Positions 53,350-64,000 of a DNA stretch of 64,000 bases are shown here, in pieces. The DNA comes from Octopus sinensis (lineage: Eukaryota), in NCBI RefSeq assembly GCF_006345805.1, contig NC_043022.1:12524001-12588000 (forward strand), in the 5' to 3' direction. Numbering within the stretch: position 1 is the first letter of the stretch; every line of letters begins with the position of its first letter. The position numbers and the translations under genes are program-made. The notes beneath the pieces are model-generated. The model was given only the letters and a program-made list of their open reading frames with translations, did not search any database and was not told the origin of the DNA.

Positions 53350-53820
53350 ACAAAATCAATAAATCAAAATCAAACCAAATCAAATCAGATATCAGAAAGC
53401 AGAACCAAAATCGAAGTTGATCAACATCAATGGAAATTGCAGCTGTGATACCAGTGCCGGTGACAAGTAAGCGAACCATCCGATCATGGCCGTTGCCAGC
53501 GCCGCCCCGACTGGCCTCCGTGCCGGTGGCACGTAAAAAGCACCATCCGTTCGTGGCCGTTGCCAGCCTCGCCTGGCCCCCGTGCCGGTGGCATGTAGCT
53601 CCATCCATTCGTGGCCATTGCCAGTTTCGCCTGGCCCCATGCCGGTGGCACATAAAAACACCATCTGTTCGTGGCCGTTGCCAGCCTCGCCTGGCCGTAG
53701 AAACGCTGCCAGATCAGACTGGGCCTGATGCAGCCTTCTGGCTTCACAGACCCCAGTTGAACCGTCCAACCCATGCTAGCATGGAAAGCGGACGCTAAAT
53801 GATGATGATGATGATGATAT
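53350..53820 (+). mobile_element. RTE 3'UTR copy from the (AAATC)n region to the (GAT)n tail
   Basis: Contains three to four ~55-63 bp subrepeats and ends CGGACGCTAAATGATGATG. Confidence 0.85.
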
Positions 53821-53861
53821 ATATATATATATGTAAACACAAATATATATATATATATAAA

Positions 53862-53907
<46 letters not shown>

Positions 53908-54055
53908 GTAAACACAAATATATATATATATATAAAAACACACAAATATATATATATATATAAAAACACACAAATATATATATATATAAAAACACACAAA
54001 TATATATATATATATAACATATATATATATATAATATATATATATATAAAAACAC

Positions 54056-54110
<55 letters not shown>

Positions 54111-55624
54111 CGTAAAAAGCACCATCCGAACGTGGCTGATGCCAGCACCGCCTAGACTAGCTTCTGTGCCGGTGGCACGTAAAAAGCACTAACCGATCGT
54201 AGCTGCTGCCAGCCTGCCCTGGCACGTAAAAGGCACCCACTACACTCACAGAGTGGTTGGCGTTAGGATGGGCATCCTGCTGTAGAACCACTGCCAGATC
54301 AGACTTGAGCCTGGTGCAGATTCCTGGCTTCCCGGGCCCTGGTCTAACCGTCCAAGCCATGTTAGCCCGGAAAATGGACGTTAAACTATGATGATGTTAT
54401 GTATGTATATATTTACACACACACAAACACACGCATATATATATACATATACATCTTTGGCTAGATATAAATATCATCATCATTCAATGTCTGCTTTTCA
54501 TGCTGGCATGGTCTGGATGATTTGACTGAGGTCTGGCGAACCAGATGGCAGCACCAGATTGCAGTCTGATATGGCAGAGTTTCTACAGCTGGATGCCCTT
54601 CCTAACGCCAACCACTCCGACAGTGTAGTGGGTGCTTTTACGCGCCACCAGCACGAGGGCCAGTCAGGCAGTGCTGCCAATGGCCACGCTCAAATGGTGC
54701 TTTTTATGTGCCACCTGCACAAGTCAGTCCAGCGGCACTGGCAATGACCTCGCTTGAATGTTTTGTTCAGGTGCCACCAGTACAAGTGCTAGTAAGGCGA
54801 CACAGGTAATGATCACGCTCGAATGGTGTTTTGTATGTGCCACTGGCACAGAGGCCAGCTTGTTGCTCTGGCAATGATCATGCTCGTAAGGTACTCATAG
54901 CGCTCCACTAGCACGGATGCCAGTCATCAATTTTGATTTCAAGGCTATATAGATAACTATATATTTATATATATATATCATCATCATCATTTAGCATCCG
55001 CTTTCCATGCTAGCATGGGTTAAACAGTTCAACTGGGGTCTGGGAAGCCAGAAGGCTGCACCAGTCCCAGTCTGATCTGGCAATGTTTCTACGTCTGGAT
55101 GCCCTTCATGAAGAAGTTTTGAATACTTGCCATGGTGAGTCTACTGTCATGAGAAAGAATCACTTCAAAACTTGGTGTTTAGGAATTTTCTTTTACATCA
55201 AGTTGCAAATTTTACGGCAGCCGTTGAACTGCCACTATGTTGTTGTCCGTCGTTAAGAAATGCCAGTCATGGTGACTCTACTATCCTCAGATTCTATCTC
55301 TTCAAACTTTGGTTTCCAATATTTAAAAAATTTTTTCAGCTCGCAAGTTCATCTGTCCCTTTTAAATGTTAGTATTTTGCTGTCTGCCTTGAAGCAGACC
55401 TTTCCGTTGTCACTGCCTGATATTTATGATTGATCTTTCAAAATATTTACTTTCTCAACTTACTCAAGATCTTTTGTTAAGAGAAAGATAGAGAGTAAGA
55501 GAAAGCGAGGGAGAGTCTGAGAGAAAGGAAGTGTAAGAGAGTAGGAAAGTGAGAGAGAAACAAAGAGGGAGAATGTGGTGATAAAAAACAGAAAGGAAGC
55601 AACAGAAAGTAACAACCACACTCT

Positions 55625-55657
55625 TACCCATGCGTAGAGCGGGTCACCTTAAGCTAG
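55625..55657 (+). mobile_element. Helitron 3' terminus of another subfamily
   Basis: ACCCATGCGTAGAGCGGGT hairpin-like motif, then CACCTTAAGCTAG|T. The 5' end was not found. Confidence 0.55.
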
Positions 55658-56679
55658 TATATATATATAAAAACACATAAATATATATATATATATAAAC
55701 ACATAAATATATATATATAAATAAAAACACACATATTTAAAACCCATAAATATACATATATGTATTTATATAAAAATACACACACGCATATACATACCTA
55801 CACATATGTACATAGATATGCATGTATACGCACACACACACACACGTTTTGTGAGGTCCTGTGCTTACATTTGCATATACATATATATGTATAGATGTAA
55901 GTATGTATGTATGCATATGTGTATATGCATATATATATGTTTTTATATTATTATATGATTGAAATCCACGCAACCTCTTCCAAGTAAGTTCTACATATAT
56001 ATATTAACACATTTATATATCTATTTAAAACCCATAAATATATACATATATATATATATTTATAAATACACATGCACATGTATATTTTATTTGTTTTAGT
56101 CATTTGACTGTGGCCACGCTAGTGCACCATAAATATACACACACCCACATACATATGCATAAAAATGCACATAAATTTCTCCCTGCCTGCTTGAATCTCT
56201 ATCATCTCTACTATTATCATCAACTACAACAATGCATACCAAGGTGTAGTATTAAATATATTTTGTAATGTCTGGAAAGAGAATTGGTTAAAATGTTGCA
56301 AACTGTCTTGAACACTAATCAGTGGCATCATTTGGATATCTTCCATGCTCTGCTGAATATATTCTAACTTTCTACTCAGCCACCCAAGAATTCACTTAGA
56401 AGATAAACTGTGTGCGAAAAATATATATGTTATTAGATGAATGTTTAGAAGTTGCCAAAATATTTATTTTCTCCTCTCTCTCTCTCCAAAATAACCACCC
56501 ACACCACCAAACACACACACACACACACCATTCGTTAATTCTCTGAATATATATTAAGGTGTTTGTAAAATTTCGAAAATATTCTCTATAGATTACCATT
56601 CCCTTCAAAACAACTACTACGGAATTGTTAATCATTATTGACAGATTTGGAAAAATGCCTTGCAATATTTCTTTTGACT

Positions 56680-57235
56680 TTATACATTCTGAATTCAAAT
56701 CTCACTGTGGTCAACTTCACCCTTTATCCCTTTGCTGTTGATAGTTTCAACTAACATTTTCCCCTTCGAAATTGCTTGCCTTGTACCTAAATTAGAAACT
56801 ATTATTATTAAGGTGGTGATCTGGCAAAATCATTACCACATAGGGTAAAATGTTTAGCACCATTTCTGGCTCTTAACAGTCTAAGTTCAAATTTCACCAA
56901 GCTCAAATCTGCCTTTCCTTCATTTGGGGTCAATAAAATGAGTACTGGTCATCTATTGGAGTTGATGTAATTAACTGTTCCCCTCCCCCTAAATGTGCTG
57001 GCCATGTGCCAAAATTACAAAGAATTATTGTTATTATTGACATGGTGAAAGGCAAAGCCATTAGCACATTGGTCAAAAGGTTTAGCACCATTTTTTCTCA
57101 CTCTTTAGTTCAAAGTTTAAATTCTATCATGATTGACTTTGACTTTTTCCCTTTTGGTGTTGATAAAATAAGTACCATTCAAGTAGTTTACTCCTGCTAA
57201 ATTTACTCACCTTGCATCAAAATTTGGAACAATTA
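56680..57235 (+). mobile_element. Cluster of three decayed core-SINE copies
   Basis: Repeated GTTCAAAT....CTTTGCCTTT..CCTT..GGGGT.GATAAAAT.AGTAC pattern at ~56690, ~56885 and ~57110. Confidence 0.55.
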
Positions 57236-57914
57236 TTATTTTCTCAGGGAATAATTATAATTGTGTACTGTATTTATCATCACTTTGCATTTCATTCAGT
57301 TTCATTATAAAATTAGTACTGATTTTGTAACCATTGCCCTTGTGGCAATAATAAATGGTGTCATTAGGTGCACCCATTTCAACATAGTGAATGTAGGTGG
57401 GAAAAGTCACAGGGTACTCTGACCGTACTGGCTCATAATCTCTCTTCCACATAAAGATGGGTTACCCCAAATGTTCTTAATTTTTTTTTTTTCAATCTAT
57501 ATCTTTTTAATTCTTATGTGTTTTATATCCATTTGACTTCATGAACAGAAACCTCAAAAGCTTCCTCTAATAGTGTTGGGCCAGTCTTGTCTCTTTCAGC
57601 AACAAGAAGACACAAATGTTACTCAAAAAAGCAACCATTGCACCTTTAATTGTATACTGCATTTAGCTGGAGCCCTCAAAATTGCTCTAATTGTTGGATC
57701 TTATTATACTTTGAAAAAGCACATCCTTAAGATAACTAGAACTGCATTCCAAAGACTACTGGCATTTCTCTTCAGGGCTGGGAAATGCATCATCCCCCAA
57801 CACTGATACTTTACAAAGCTCACATCAATCTTTTTCTATATCTATTACAGTACTTGGAGATATGAAATGTTCTTGGTTTGTCAAAAGATATAAACTGAAA
57901 GAAGCACATTGTAT

Positions 57915-58615
57915 AACTTAGATAACTTAGCTATGTTTCGACCAAAGTTTGGTCCAGGCCATATCTAAATTAACAGTCTTGTGGTTTCATGGTCCGTTTG
58001 AGTAGGGAGTTCTTGTTGAGTGAGTTGTATCCAGGTATAGGTGGCTTATCTGGTATTCCTTGAAGAAATTTGTCTAGATTCCATTTAAAGGTAATGGGAT
58101 ATTTTTCTTCTTTGATCTATTTCACGACAATGTTAGATAGGGCAGGGCCTGTTGATGAAAAGAAATTGTGTTGCAGTGTGTTTATATGTTGTGATCCTGA
58201 ATTGGGTAGGGGGTGTATGGGCCAAGGTCCTAGCTTTGGATGAATTTTGAAGCTAATGTTGAGGTTGTTTGGGCAATGCTGGTGGTATATTCTTCACATC
58301 GTGCAAATGATGTATCACTCATGGCAGTGCTGGAGAGAATAGGGTTTCAATGCTTTGAGGCAGTCCCAATAATCGAGATCAGTCATACCCTTAATTCTTT
58401 TAGTGAATAACCTCTGGGATGATTCGATTTTTGAAATGTTTTGCTTTGTATGGGGAGACCACAAAGGGCAGCAGTATTCGAGGTGTGGCCATACAGAGGA
58501 AGAGAAAAGAGGAATGATGACACCTTGTTCTCAGGACTGGAAGGTTCTTAGGATCCAGGAGCTCATCCTATGAGCTGTCTCGACCTTATCGTTGAGATGG
58601 ACACTCCAGCTGAGT
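57915..58615 (-). mobile_element. CR1-group LINE 3' end (post-RT region, 3'UTR, tandem tail)
   Basis: Minus strand: RMSSWILRTF...HLEYCCPLWSPHTKQNISKIESSQRLFTKRIKGM...LDKFLQGIPDKP (frameshifted). Ends with (CTAAGTTAT)2. Confidence 0.85.
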
Positions 58616-59385
58616 TTGTTATGTGTGTGTACATGTGTGTGTTTTCTTGCCCTGACGTTGAATGAGTGTAGGGATTTATTGCCACCATCGTACAAGCAGT
58701 GTCATTCATTTCTACTTTTCCATGAAATTATGTCAAACTATGGGAAAATATTATCTGACTTGGAAACAGGTTAACAGAAAGGGCACCTAGCTGTTGAAAA
58801 TCTTTAATGAACCTTGTGTGTCCCATGCAAGCATGGAAAAGTGGATGCTAAAATGATTACGCACACACACATAATGGTTGTTGCACAGTTCCTATCTACC
58901 AAATTACATAATACTCACAAAGCATTGGTCAAGCTGAGGCTGTGGTAGAGGATACTTACTCGAGGCATTTCACAAGGGGGTTTGAACCTGGAATTATGAG
59001 GTTGCAAAACCTCCACCCATATTAGAAATTAGTGGTAGCAATAGTTACAAAATGGTAAATTTATCAAAGATAGAGGACTACTGGACTGAAATCTTTGCAG
59101 TATCTTATTTTATTCATGTAAGTTCTGATTTGAAGTCCTGCCGTTGTCACCTTTTATCATTCATTCTTTCAATGTCAACGAGTACCAGTAATATATTTGG
59201 AGAGTTTCAGTTTACTCTTTTGATCTTGCACCTTGTCCAAAGACCTTATTTAATCAGAATAGGAAATGAGTATCAGTAACGTGTTGGACACTTTATTGTG
59301 AGATAATAAATATTGGAGATTAAATTCATGAATTACTCTCCTTCTCCTCTCCCACATCCATAAGTTCTTGTATCAGTATAAGAAA

Positions 59386-59566
59386 TCATCATCATCATCA
59401 TCATCATTGTTTAGCGTCCGTTTTCCATGCTAGCATGGGTTGGACGGTTCTACTGGGGTCTGTGAGGCCAGAAGGCTTCATCAGGCCCAGTCAAATCTGG
59501 CAGTGTTTCTACGGCTGGATGCCCTTCCTAACGCCAACCACTCCGTGAGTGTAGTGGGTGCTTTTT
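59386..59566 (-). mobile_element. Solo RTE 3'UTR copy
   Basis: (CAT)n TTGTTTAGCGTCCGTTTTCCATGCTAGCATGGG... Confidence 0.85.
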
Positions 59567-61789
59567 CATTGTGGATAATGGGTAGCAGAATCAGAACATC
59601 ATACAAGATACTTTGTGGTATTTCAGATTGTTCAAAAGTCTACTTCACATTTTATCCTAGGTGGTGCGAGGCATAAAATAACATATTAAGCTTAATGCTT
59701 AAGGACTAATCCATTGTACCTCCCACCACTAAGTTGGGGACTTTGTGGGTGTTCTAAATTATTATTATTAAGCCTGTTTTATTTTCTCTGGTTGTGAATG
59801 AGACCATAAATCCTTAGTGATTCAGTAGTGGCCGTTCTTTTACCCCTGGTCAATCCTGATTCAGCTGACCTATCTATGATCAAAGATATTTAGACAATAC
59901 ATCTACAACTGTGTTATCTAACGTATCATTATTATTTAATGTTTAGCTCTTGGGCTATTCTGATCAAGCTGGCTTGTGATAAAAGCTGTTCCAGCCATAA
60001 CTATCTTGTCTTTTATTCAGACATAGAGTATCTAGGTCTTTTCCTAAGACATTAATGTGATGATTTCATGGAGATTTAGCTCTGATTTCCAGCTATTCAT
60101 GTTGCTCTTTTGTTGATTTACAATCTAGTAGTGGGATTTAGAATGTGAGGCATAGGTAGAGGTAGACAAGAGACAGAGAGGAGTGATGGTAGAGAAGGCT
60201 GAGGGCTGCTGTAGAGGTATGAGCGAGAGGAGAACACAGCTGGATGGTGGAGACAGGGGTGGGGTTTGTTCAGAGAAACAGAGGATGTAATGGTTGCAGT
60301 TGAAATGCAGTTTACCAGTAACAGAAGACAGTGTTACGATCAAGTTGAGCCTTGGATCAATAGCACAGATAATAGTGTTGATGACAAAGTACAACCATAT
60401 TAAATATGTTGACAGTTTAAAAGAACAAGTTAGTGTTAACATAATTAATGCAGTGATCATTGCTTTTCTAATTAGAAATGTGTGGTGAGGAAAAGACATT
60501 ACCTTAATGATTAACAGAACAGCACAGCATACACACACATATAGATATATATATTACCAGCATACTTTCACTGGCATAAATGCTATGCACTGTTTGTATG
60601 TACATGTGTATCCTCAATGTACACATATACACACACATGTTGATGTAAGGTGAGGAGATTAGTACCAATAATTATAATTATTGCTGTCAGATAGTAGTGG
60701 TAGCAGTTTTATTGATGGTTGGTGGTCTATTGGTGGTGGTCTGCTGTCGATGGTTTTGAAGATATATGTTAATGCAGACGTGCCAGGAATTCAATGAAGG
60801 TAATTTGTATCTGCCTGTTTGTTCTGTGTGTATGAATCAGAGAACCATGTGAGACCTACATTATGTTGTTTGAAGAATGCTGTTTTCTTCTAGAGATGTT
60901 TGTGCTGGACAAAGTACCAGGCAATTTAACTTTCATTCTTCTGTGATCAAAGTTCAAATCTCATTTGGATTCATATGTCTTCTCTTCACTTGAGGTTGAT
61001 TTTGTTTACTATTGTAGGCTTTGTCATAGTGACTGTCGTTGTCTAGCCTTAAGTCAACCAAAGACACTCCACTCATGACCATCCATTATATACCAAGAAC
61101 TTCATTCTTTCTTTTTTTTTTAACCAACCAGGAGTGATTTAAAGATTTGAGTGCTATTTCTAACAGGTCAAGTGACTACATAGAGACTCCCTAGTTAGCT
61201 TGATTGATGTTTCATATATTAATTGGTTGTTCATTTTGTAGTTAATTGATGTGACTTGTGAAGGAGGAACAGCTGTATTAGAACAGGAGGGATTTGAAAC
61301 AGAATTAAATGTTCCAAAATTGTCACTGATAGTTCATGGTGTTCCTTTCTTACCTCTGTACCACATTATCACTATAATGTTCCTCTCTGGCACCTCATCA
61401 CTATTGAGTTCCTCTCAGCTTCCTGTCATATTCCCCTCACCCCTTCTACCATCACATCACAATTTATTCTAAAGTCAGAATTTTTTTTCTAATGACCTAC
61501 AGACTTAAAATTATTGCTCTATTTTACCAAATAAAAATGTTTGCCAACAAAGAATGCCATTACTAGTTACTTTGAAATCTAATTTATTGATATTTCACTG
61601 CATTTTGTCATCTTTTTTTCTCACCTTTTTTTTTCTCTGCTGAATCTAGAAGAAGAGGTGGAAGCCATGACATTACACACCTCTCTGAGCCAGTGAGTTA
61701 GGTAGCTTTAATGTTACATTTAAACTGTTACAAGTCAACACTGACAAGGAAGACATGAGCAGGGAGAAGATTCCAGAGAACTTATATTC

Positions 61790-62330
61790 TAGGGCAGAAG
61801 GACTGAGCTTAATGATTAGTATGGAACCTGGGATATTGTACACAAAAAAGGTGACAAGAAGTGGAGATGAGTCAGGAGTGCCTGAGCAACGGCTGTACCA
61901 AATCAGCCAGTTCTGAGGAACAGAAACCATTATGTTGTGATTGAAAAGACAGAGTTAGCACACATGTAGGCCAGATGCTGAAGCATATCTGTAAATGATT
62001 TAATGCCAGTAAGTTGAGTGGCCTTTCTCTGGTAACCGTCTTGGATATATATGTGCATAGTAGCAGCACAGTCTTTGTCATGGGAGTAATACTCTGTGAA
62101 CTTCACTTGTGCTTTGTAGAACATCAGCAGTTGGTGGCTGAAATATTTTTAACCACAAAGCAAAGAGCTAGTCTTTGGTGTGCTGTCTAAGATATATTAA
62201 GGACATACTTTTACCTTGTGAGATCCTCAATAATAGCCAGAACTAGCATTCGGAATAATTGTAAGGGCTCTAGCTGAGTGTCTTTCAGATTTAGGAGGGA
62301 TGTGGTTCTTCATATGAATAGCACTTGAGG
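61790..62330 (-). mobile_element. Decayed L2/CR1/Jockey-type LINE, post-RT region
   Basis: FYKAQVKFTEYYSH...QRKATQL..., then HNGFCSSELADLV, matching the LYKAQVRP.MEYCSH / HG.CSSEL pattern. Confidence 0.6.
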
Positions 62331-62574
62331 TTTTTTTTTATTTTTAAGAGACAAGATTGACATGGTTTTGTTGGAGGATACTTTTGAGGTTTTCTTTCAT
62401 GAGATTAGTGCAGATTTGACATATGGTTGACACATGGTTCAAAAACATTAAGGAGAAATGAAGATTTGTATCATTTGTATGGACAAGACTGCAAGTAGAT
62501 CATTGATGTTTAGAAGGAAGAGAGAAAGGAACAAAATAAAATTGACCCTTGAATTACACATGAGGGCCAGTCAG

Positions 62575-63045
62575 GTGACTCTGGCATTGATCACGCTTAA
62601 ATGGTGCCTTTTACGTGCCACCAGCACTGGAGCCAGTCAGGCAGCACTGGCAGCAGCCACAATCGAATGGTGCTTTATACGTACCACCGGCACGGGACCA
62701 GTCAGCCAGCACTGGCATCGACCATGCTTGAATAGTGCTTTTTATGTGCCACCGGCATGGGAGCCAGTCAGGCAGCACTGGCAATGATCACGCTCGAATG
62801 GTGCTTTTTACATGCCACTGGCAAGGGTGCCAATCAGGTGGTACTATCATTGGCCATGACAACAACTTCACTTGACTCAACAGGTCTTCGCAAGCACAGT
62901 TTATTGCCCCATGATTGAAGGCTACTCTTAAATGGGCTAGTTATACTGCACTGGCATAGGCCACGGTTATGGTCTCACTTGGCTTGCCAGGTCTTCTCAA
63001 GCACAGCGTATCTCCAAAGGTCTTGGTCTCTTCTCATCGCCTCGT
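62575..63045 (-). mobile_element. RTE LINE end of ORF2 plus 3'UTR subrepeats
   Basis: Minus strand: EAMRRDQDLWRYAVLEKTWQAK*, followed by four ~63-bp GGCACGTAAAAAGCACCATT subrepeats. Confidence 0.8.
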
Positions 63046-64000
63046 AAGAGTTTCTGTGGAATATTATTCTATTTGACCCCTTTAACTATTAGAGTGCTTC
63101 CTGACTACAGTATAACTCGCTAAGATATTTGGGATGGGTTTGAACAAAGGAAAATTATAGAAATAACTTTTAACTGATTTCATTGTGGTGAAACACTGCT
63201 CATTGTTGAACAATATTGATTTGATTTTGTTACAATTTTATTGCATATTAACTTCATCTTCTAGAGACTATATGCAAACATACATATGTATTTTTATTTT
63301 TGAATACTTTTGTAACTTTCTGTTTATTGTGTGTGTGTATGTGTAAAAATAATATAAATATATCAAGTTTGCAAGTACCATGCATGAAACTTTTAGCATT
63401 TTGTAGCTTAATGCAAATTAAAAAATACATTTACTCATGTGTTGGGTTTTGTTTCTCCTACTTATTCTCCTACTTATTCGAACTTGCATATAGCTTGCAT
63501 GAAGCATTGTCTGATGTATGTATCTTTATACAGAGTAATTATATACTGTAAATGTGTGTGTGTGTATTATATTAATAAAAGATTACTGTTAGAAAAAAAA
63601 AGTACTTGTTTTTATTACTTTTATTACAAAAAAAAAAAAAAATAGAACACAGGAGTCTAGCATTTTCATGTGTCTTGGGATTTATGATTAATGTTTTTAA
63701 AGTTAAGCAGTGGGTCATAAGATGTTGAATGACATGCTTTTAAAGTTATGTATATTGTAAATATAGACTACAGATGACATGAAGAGTTTGGAATATAATT
63801 TCACCAACTTGATGGTTCCTAGAGAGATAGTGAAGTTTGAACTGTACATACTTTGTGTCATAGTTATTGTTCTTCTAGATAGAAATATACATTGTTAAGA
63901 GTGTAGAGTCTATCTAGATATTTTACAAGGTGCATTCAAAAAGTATTCGACTTTATTTTTCCTGCCGAAACTAATGCCTCCTGGGCAAAATTTTTTGGGT

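Larger units (their letters stand above)
30251..54940. repeat. Array of 11 tail-to-tail inverted RTE-3'UTR dyads separated by TA tracts and other modules
   Basis: Each dyad is a plus arm (ATGGCA(C/T)GTAAAAAGCACC...GATGATGAT), a conserved ~80-bp spacer (...CTTTGGCTAGATATAAATAT) and a minus arm (CATCATCAT...). Dyads start at ~30251, 31364, 34331, 36320, 43633, 44897, 46247, 48118, 49165, 50935 and 54106. Confidence 0.9.

Noticed and set aside
8155-54148. Dozens of long Tyr/Ile/Met/Cys/Val/His ORFs (e.g. 8629-10002, 38895-39653, 41152-42141)
   Set aside because: They are translations of (TA)n/(TG)n microsatellites that lack stops by composition, and they occur on both strands and in all frames.
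30102-54747. Recurrent short ORFs such as MAALPDWP..., MAWxVRPGSGKPG... and MQHIFCCSFRNFQ...
   Set aside because: They are translations of RTE 3'UTR and Helitron internal sequence; frames and stops are not conserved between copies.
30251-54940. Repeat-spacer appearance suggesting a CRISPR-like array
   Set aside because: The context is eukaryotic, units are hundreds of bp, the spacers are conserved rather than unique, and there are no cas genes.
57255-57452. Natural-looking 65-aa minus-strand ORF as the peptidase first exon
   Set aside because: No donor of the phase needed to join the TM exon and no recognisable homology; left unassigned.

Overview
Eukaryotic, AT-rich, repeat-dominated DNA. 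It is most likely a coleoid cephalopod (Octopus-like), judged from recognisable SINE/RTE repeat families and huge (TA)n tracts; this assignment is from memory and was not database-checked. The only host gene I can support is five spliced minus-strand exons (15723-24960) of a neprilysin/endothelin-converting-enzyme-like M13 peptidase. They cover the TM anchor and N-terminal ectodomain; the first exon and the catalytic exons were not found in the window. The rest is mobile-element debris: RTE and CR1/L2-type LINE fragments, tRNA-SINEs, non-autonomous Helitrons, hAT and piggyBac-like MITEs, a Tc1 transposase relic and Penelope-like remnants. The most notable structures are: (i) a 135-bp hairpin whose two arms each encode a type I hammerhead ribozyme fold, plus a separate minimal hammerhead; (ii) a ~25-kb array (30.2-54.9 kb) of 11 tail-to-tail inverted RTE-3'UTR dyads, five of them fused to Helitron sequence; (iii) a ~0.9-kb fold-back palindrome inside a multi-kb TA tract. 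Some near-identical duplications may be long-read or assembly artefacts. Coordinates marked ~ are approximate and were read by eye.
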